A DNA stretch of 64,000 bases from positions 447,643-511,642 of the forward strand of contig CALSLP010000003.1 in the NCBI GenBank assembly GCA_943787225.1, in the 5' to 3' direction. Positions 60,380 to 64,000 of this stretch are shown here, one piece after another (within the stretch, counting starts at the first letter, position 1; every line of letters starts with the position of its first letter). Source of the stretch: an uncultured Alphaproteobacteria bacterium (lineage in GTDB: Bacteria > Pseudomonadota > Alphaproteobacteria > MPNO01 > UBA2964). The translations under genes were made by a program, and so were the position numbers. Below the pieces are notes generated by a model. The model was not told the origin of the DNA, searched no databases, and saw only the letters and a list, made by a program, of their open reading frames with translations.

Positions 60380-61126
60380 CTAGTCTTCTTCTGGCCGCGT
60401 TTCATCCGACGCGGCAAACGCCTCAATAACCGCCGGGCGCGCGAGGATGCGGTCCAGCCATTCGCACACTCGCGGTGCATTTTCCGGCGTTACCTTATCC
60501 GGCACCACGCGCTGGCGATAGCGGTGCATGAACGGTACCATATTGATATCTGCCAGCGAGTATTCATCGCCAGCAAGATAGGGGCCATCGGCCAGAGCCT
60601 TCTCCGCCTTATCAACGATAAACCCGGCCTTTTCGCGTGCGACCGCAAACTCAGCTTCCGTGAAACCGCCGCCTTTGGTGATCTTGGTGATCACCGCGCG
60701 ACGCTCCATCAACGGAATGCGGGCAATCCGCTCTTCCAGCGCGTCGGCTTCCAGAGCCCGCGCTGACTTTCCGATCCCGCCAGCACTGGAGAACGTTACA
60801 ATCATATTGGGACCCAGCGCTTCATCAGCGAGCTTCGCCCATACCCGAACCTTTGCGCGGCCAACGGGGTCAGCGGGCCGCAATGGCACTTCAGGAAACA
60901 CCTCATCAAGATATTCATTGATCACAGTGGATTCGATAATCACCGCACCATCATGCACCAAGGTCGGCACCAACCCGTTCGGATTAAGCTTTAAATACTC
61001 GGGATCATGATGCTCAAAATCGCTGAGGCTTATATAATGGCTGACATAATCGAGCCCTTTTTCTTTGAGCACGATCCGCGATTTTTTAGAGCACGCCGTC
61101 AATCCAGCATGATAGAGCTCCAACAT
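60380..61126 (-). CDS. Glutathione S-transferase family protein
   Basis: N-terminal thioredoxin-like GST fold (LNPNGLVPTL, ESTVINEYLDE) plus a helical C-domain. 248 aa. Confidence 0.85.
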   Translation of the reverse strand: MLELYHAGLTACSKKSRIVLKEKGLDYVSHYISLSDFEHHDPEYLKLNPNGLVPTLVHDGAVIIESTVINEYLDEVFPEVPLRPADPVGRAKVRVWAKLADEALGPNMIVTFSSAGGIGKSARALEADALEERIARIPLMERRAVITKITKGGGFTEAEFAVAREKAGFIVDKAEKALADGPYLAGDEYSLADINMVPFMHRYRQRVVPDKVTPENAPRVCEWLDRILARPAVIEAFAASDETRPEED

Positions 61127-61138
61127 CCCCGCCTCCCT

Positions 61139-62254
61139 TTAGACCGGCTCTTTATATTCAGGCGATAGCGGCGTTTTGAACTTCATGCCATCCACGATGA
61201 TTCCCGCCGGACGTTCACCGGGTTTAAGTCCGACATAGCGTTCCAGCGTCGCTTCCGGCAGCGGCCGGCCTCCCGGTGTCGCCAACCACAGCCGCAACAA
61301 ATGACGCTTGCGTTCAACCTCCGGCCAGTCCTCATAGAACGTCCGGCCATGCACGATGACGTGGTTATGGAGGAACTGGATATCACCGCGCTGGAAACCG
61401 GTCTCATGCTTCAACTCATCGGCCAGCACATCCATCATATCGAGCGCGTCCCATTGCGCCTGAGTAAAGCGCGGTAGTTCATCGAACCGCTGTGTCGAAC
61501 GGATATAGAAATTATGCCAGCTGCAGGAGAAATACCCTTCGGCGAAATTAAAGATCGGCAGTTCGAACCACGGATCCTTACCCGGCGGGATTTCATTACG
61601 GCGGTCGCGATACCATGGCTTGACCAGCTCTGCCACCAGATCAGGGCGCCGCTTCAGCATCTCGTTATAGATCGCGACTGAACTGGCGACCGAGCTGATG
61701 CCGCCCTCCTTCGCCGGATGCAGACAAATCAGCCCAACAACATCACAGGAGTCAGAATGATAGTTAAGATAGGCACTGGTATGATAGGCGCGGCTTGAGG
61801 CGCCGGCACGCGTCGGGCCGGTGAGGTCATAAACATGACCAAGCAGATGACCGTGATGGTTTTGCGACACCGCCTGCCCCATCCGCAATCCAATACCCCA
61901 ATAGGCAATCGCGGATTCTTCGATGTCATAGCGCTCAACCGGAACGCCGCGCAGCAGGGTGACACCCCTGCCCTGCATCAGCTGCTGCTTCATGGCCGCG
62001 AGCTTGGTTTCAAGGGTCGGCAGAGGAAAATCAGCCAGCGTGATATCCTTGATCTCAAGGCCACGTTGTTTGACGCCAGCAACCGCCGCATCGATCTCGG
62101 CGATCTCTTGCGCGGTCAGTTCAAACCGCCAGCTGTCATCCTGTTCGAGCTGCTCACCATGCCAAGCCGCCGGATCAACAACCGGCTGCATCGCCACCGC
62201 CGGTTCACGCGTCGATGTTAAAGGTGTCAGGACTTCTGGAGATACCGTCGCCAT
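61139..62254 (-). CDS. TauD/TfdA family Fe(II)/2-oxoglutarate dioxygenase
   Basis: YHSDSCD (H-x-D) motif and a distal HNHVIVHGR. The start at 62254 (MATVSPEV) follows a GAAGGG ribosome-binding site, 15 bp after the upstream stop. Confidence 0.8.
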   Translation of the reverse strand: MATVSPEVLTPLTSTREPAVAMQPVVDPAAWHGEQLEQDDSWRFELTAQEIAEIDAAVAGVKQRGLEIKDITLADFPLPTLETKLAAMKQQLMQGRGVTLLRGVPVERYDIEESAIAYWGIGLRMGQAVSQNHHGHLLGHVYDLTGPTRAGASSRAYHTSAYLNYHSDSCDVVGLICLHPAKEGGISSVASSVAIYNEMLKRRPDLVAELVKPWYRDRRNEIPPGKDPWFELPIFNFAEGYFSCSWHNFYIRSTQRFDELPRFTQAQWDALDMMDVLADELKHETGFQRGDIQFLHNHVIVHGRTFYEDWPEVERKRHLLRLWLATPGGRPLPEATLERYVGLKPGERPAGIIVDGMKFKTPLSPEYKEPV

Positions 62255-62268
62255 GGGGTCAACCCTTC

Positions 62269-63237
62269 CTAGAGCTTCAACAGTTTCCGGACATTGCCGT
62301 TCAGCATCTTCTTTCGGTCTTCGAGACAGAAGTTCAGCTGTTCGGCCCAGTCTTTGGCCGGCTGGTTTTCGACAAACGGATAATCGACCGAGAACATGAT
62401 CCGGTCCATACCCATTTCCTGAACCGTACACAGCAAAGCCGGGTTCGAGAAATTGCCACTGGTGGTGATATGAAAATGCGCTTCAAAGATTTCGCGAAAC
62501 GAACGGGTTTGTGCATTTTCCACCCGCGACAACGCCTGATTTACGCGCCACAACAAGAACGGCAAGGTTTCACCCATATGACCGAGGATCATCTGCAGCT
62601 TGGGATGTGCATCAAACACACCGGACAACACCATGCGGATCGCCTGGGTCGCCGTCTCTACCGTATAGCCCCAACCCGCCGTCGCGAAGGCCGGGAAGTC
62701 ATCGAGGTAATCTTCGTAATAGGCGGCCACAACATCATCATGCGGATAGCCGGGATGCAGATAGATCGGCACGTCCAGCGCTTCGGCACGGGCATAGATC
62801 GGCCAGTATTCCTTGCCATCGCAAAACTTGCCATTGGTCAGACCGTGGATCATCGCGCCTTTGAAACCGAGGTCTTCGACACAGCGTTCCAGCTCATCAG
62901 CCGCCGACTCGGGATGCGCCGTTGCCAGCGCCGCAAAAGCGGCAAAGCGATCCGGGTTGGCCTGTACCGTCGCATGGAGTTTGTCATTAGCTTCCTTGGC
63001 AAGACGGGGCCCGGTTTCGGCGTCAAGCCGCTGTGCCGATGGTGCGCCATGGCTGAGCACCTGGATATCAATCCCCGCCGAATCCATCTCCTTGAGACGC
63101 AGCTCACCGAGATCATAGAGCCGATCCAGCAAATGGCCCCGCCGCGTGGAATTGCGGCCTTTAAATGTATCCGTAATTACCGTGTCCCAGTAATGCTCCT
63201 CAAGCGCGATGATTTCGATGCCGGTTGATGTCGCCAT
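62269..63237 (-). CDS. Amidohydrolase-2 (ACMSD-like) family protein
   Basis: IIALEEHYW N-terminus, HPG..., GHMGE and FSVDYPF motifs. Third member of this family in the window. Confidence 0.8.
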   Translation of the reverse strand: MATSTGIEIIALEEHYWDTVITDTFKGRNSTRRGHLLDRLYDLGELRLKEMDSAGIDIQVLSHGAPSAQRLDAETGPRLAKEANDKLHATVQANPDRFAAFAALATAHPESAADELERCVEDLGFKGAMIHGLTNGKFCDGKEYWPIYARAEALDVPIYLHPGYPHDDVVAAYYEDYLDDFPAFATAGWGYTVETATQAIRMVLSGVFDAHPKLQMILGHMGETLPFLLWRVNQALSRVENAQTRSFREIFEAHFHITTSGNFSNPALLCTVQEMGMDRIMFSVDYPFVENQPAKDWAEQLNFCLEDRKKMLNGNVRKLLKL

Positions 63238-63394
63238 TTCTTTGTCCTTATCCGTGTCTGAAACTTCTTGCGCTGGATTTTAGGCCCTCGTTACCAGTGA
63301 GTCTATTAACGCACCATCCTGTGGCCCCTATGCGGAAAACTGTATGCGATGTAAGTGTTAAGCGAAACGCATTGAAAAACTTGGAGCTCCTTCT

Positions 63395-64000
63395 TTGGCC
63401 TTTCATGACCTAAAACAGCAACCGCCGCGCGCCAGCCTTAACCCCGATCGTGTCGAGGAATTTGAGGCTTACGCGGCGGCGGCGCTTGAGCGTTCCAAGG
63501 CAGCAGCAGCTAGCTGCCGTACGGTTCTGGATGTCGAGTTTGGCGACGATTACTATCAAAAGCTCGATCTCTATTTGCCAGACGAAGCAACCCTGGCAGA
63601 CCACGAAGGCGGTGTGCCGGTGATCCTGTTCTGCCACGGTGGTGGCTGGAATTTTGGCTATAAGGAATGGAACGGCTTTATGGCCCCGGCGCTGATCGAT
63701 TTGCCAGCGATCTTTGTCTCGGTCTCCTATCGGCTTGCCCCGGAACACAAATTCCCCGCCGCGCTCGAAGACGTCCTCGCGGGCCTCAGCTGGGTCTTTC
63801 AAATATCATTGCCGATCACGGCGGCGACCCGAACCGTCTGTTCATGGGCGGCTGGTCAGCCGGTGGTACGCTTGCCGCCCTCGCCACAGTGCGACGCGAT
63901 CTTTACCCGGATTTCGGTCTGCCGGATGACGTGATCAAAGCCTGTGTCGCGACCAGCACGCCCTATGACCACCGCGTCGACAATCCAGCGCCCGGCAGCA
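63395..64000 (+). pseudogene. Alpha/beta hydrolase (HGGGW-type esterase/arylformamidase-like), frameshifted and running off the window end
   Basis: HGGGW oxyanion motif in the first frame. After ..LSWVF the sequence continues in another frame as NIIADHGGDPNRLFMGGWSAGG (GxSxG). The slip is at the AAA run 63801-63803. The TTG start is uncertain. Confidence 0.6.

Overview
This 64-kb window is chromosomal DNA, moderately GC-rich by eye, most likely from a marine-type alphaproteobacterium. The taxonomic call rests on a DUF1476/ATPase-inhibitor zeta-subunit gene and the purS-purQ-purL-bolA-grxD gene order. I saw no rRNA, CRISPR array, transposase, integrase or phage gene.

Layout:
- 0.1-8.6 kb: a plus-strand catabolic operon (MFS, SDR, amidohydrolase, molybdo-hydroxylase large subunit, PhtD-like, Gfo/Idh/MocA, DapA-like).
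- 9.6-13.4 kb: an envelope/metal module. It has two secreted CxxxC proteins plus SCO1, an ECF sigma/anti-sigma pair, a TPR protein and a CDGSH protein.
- 16.3-21.4 kb: tRNA-Leu(TAA), then three tandem MFS paralogs, the third broken, interrupted by a PEP-CTERM gene.
- 21.5-64 kb: housekeeping and accessory genes. These include map, radC, a REC / REC-PAS-GGDEF-EAL pair, terC, purC, purB, rsmB-like, purSQL, bolA, grxD, nfeD-SPFH and rpsD, mixed with oxidoreductases, hydrolases, TauD-type dioxygenases, a halogenase homologue and an amidase.

Most notable observations:
1. Two PEP-CTERM genes 39 kb apart share an upstream TGTAAAA-N4-CCGAC element. One sits in front of a consensus sigma-54 promoter (TGGCACGTTTTTTGCA). 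This looks like an undescribed enhancer/regulon signature for PEP-CTERM cargo.
2. One of those genes has an in-frame TAG exactly at its signal-peptide cleavage site.
3. A secreted protein has the four-cysteine signature of the animal collagen XVIII endostatin domain.
4. A three-gene periplasmic CxxxC/SCO1 operon lies next to an ECF sigma pair.
5. There are at least 20 single-base frameshifts. The junctions I resolved at nucleotide level all sit at short homopolymers. They are concentrated at 37.4-40.8 kb and 20.1-21.4 kb, and one hits the core purine-biosynthesis gene purB. This points to local sequence-quality problems rather than real gene decay.
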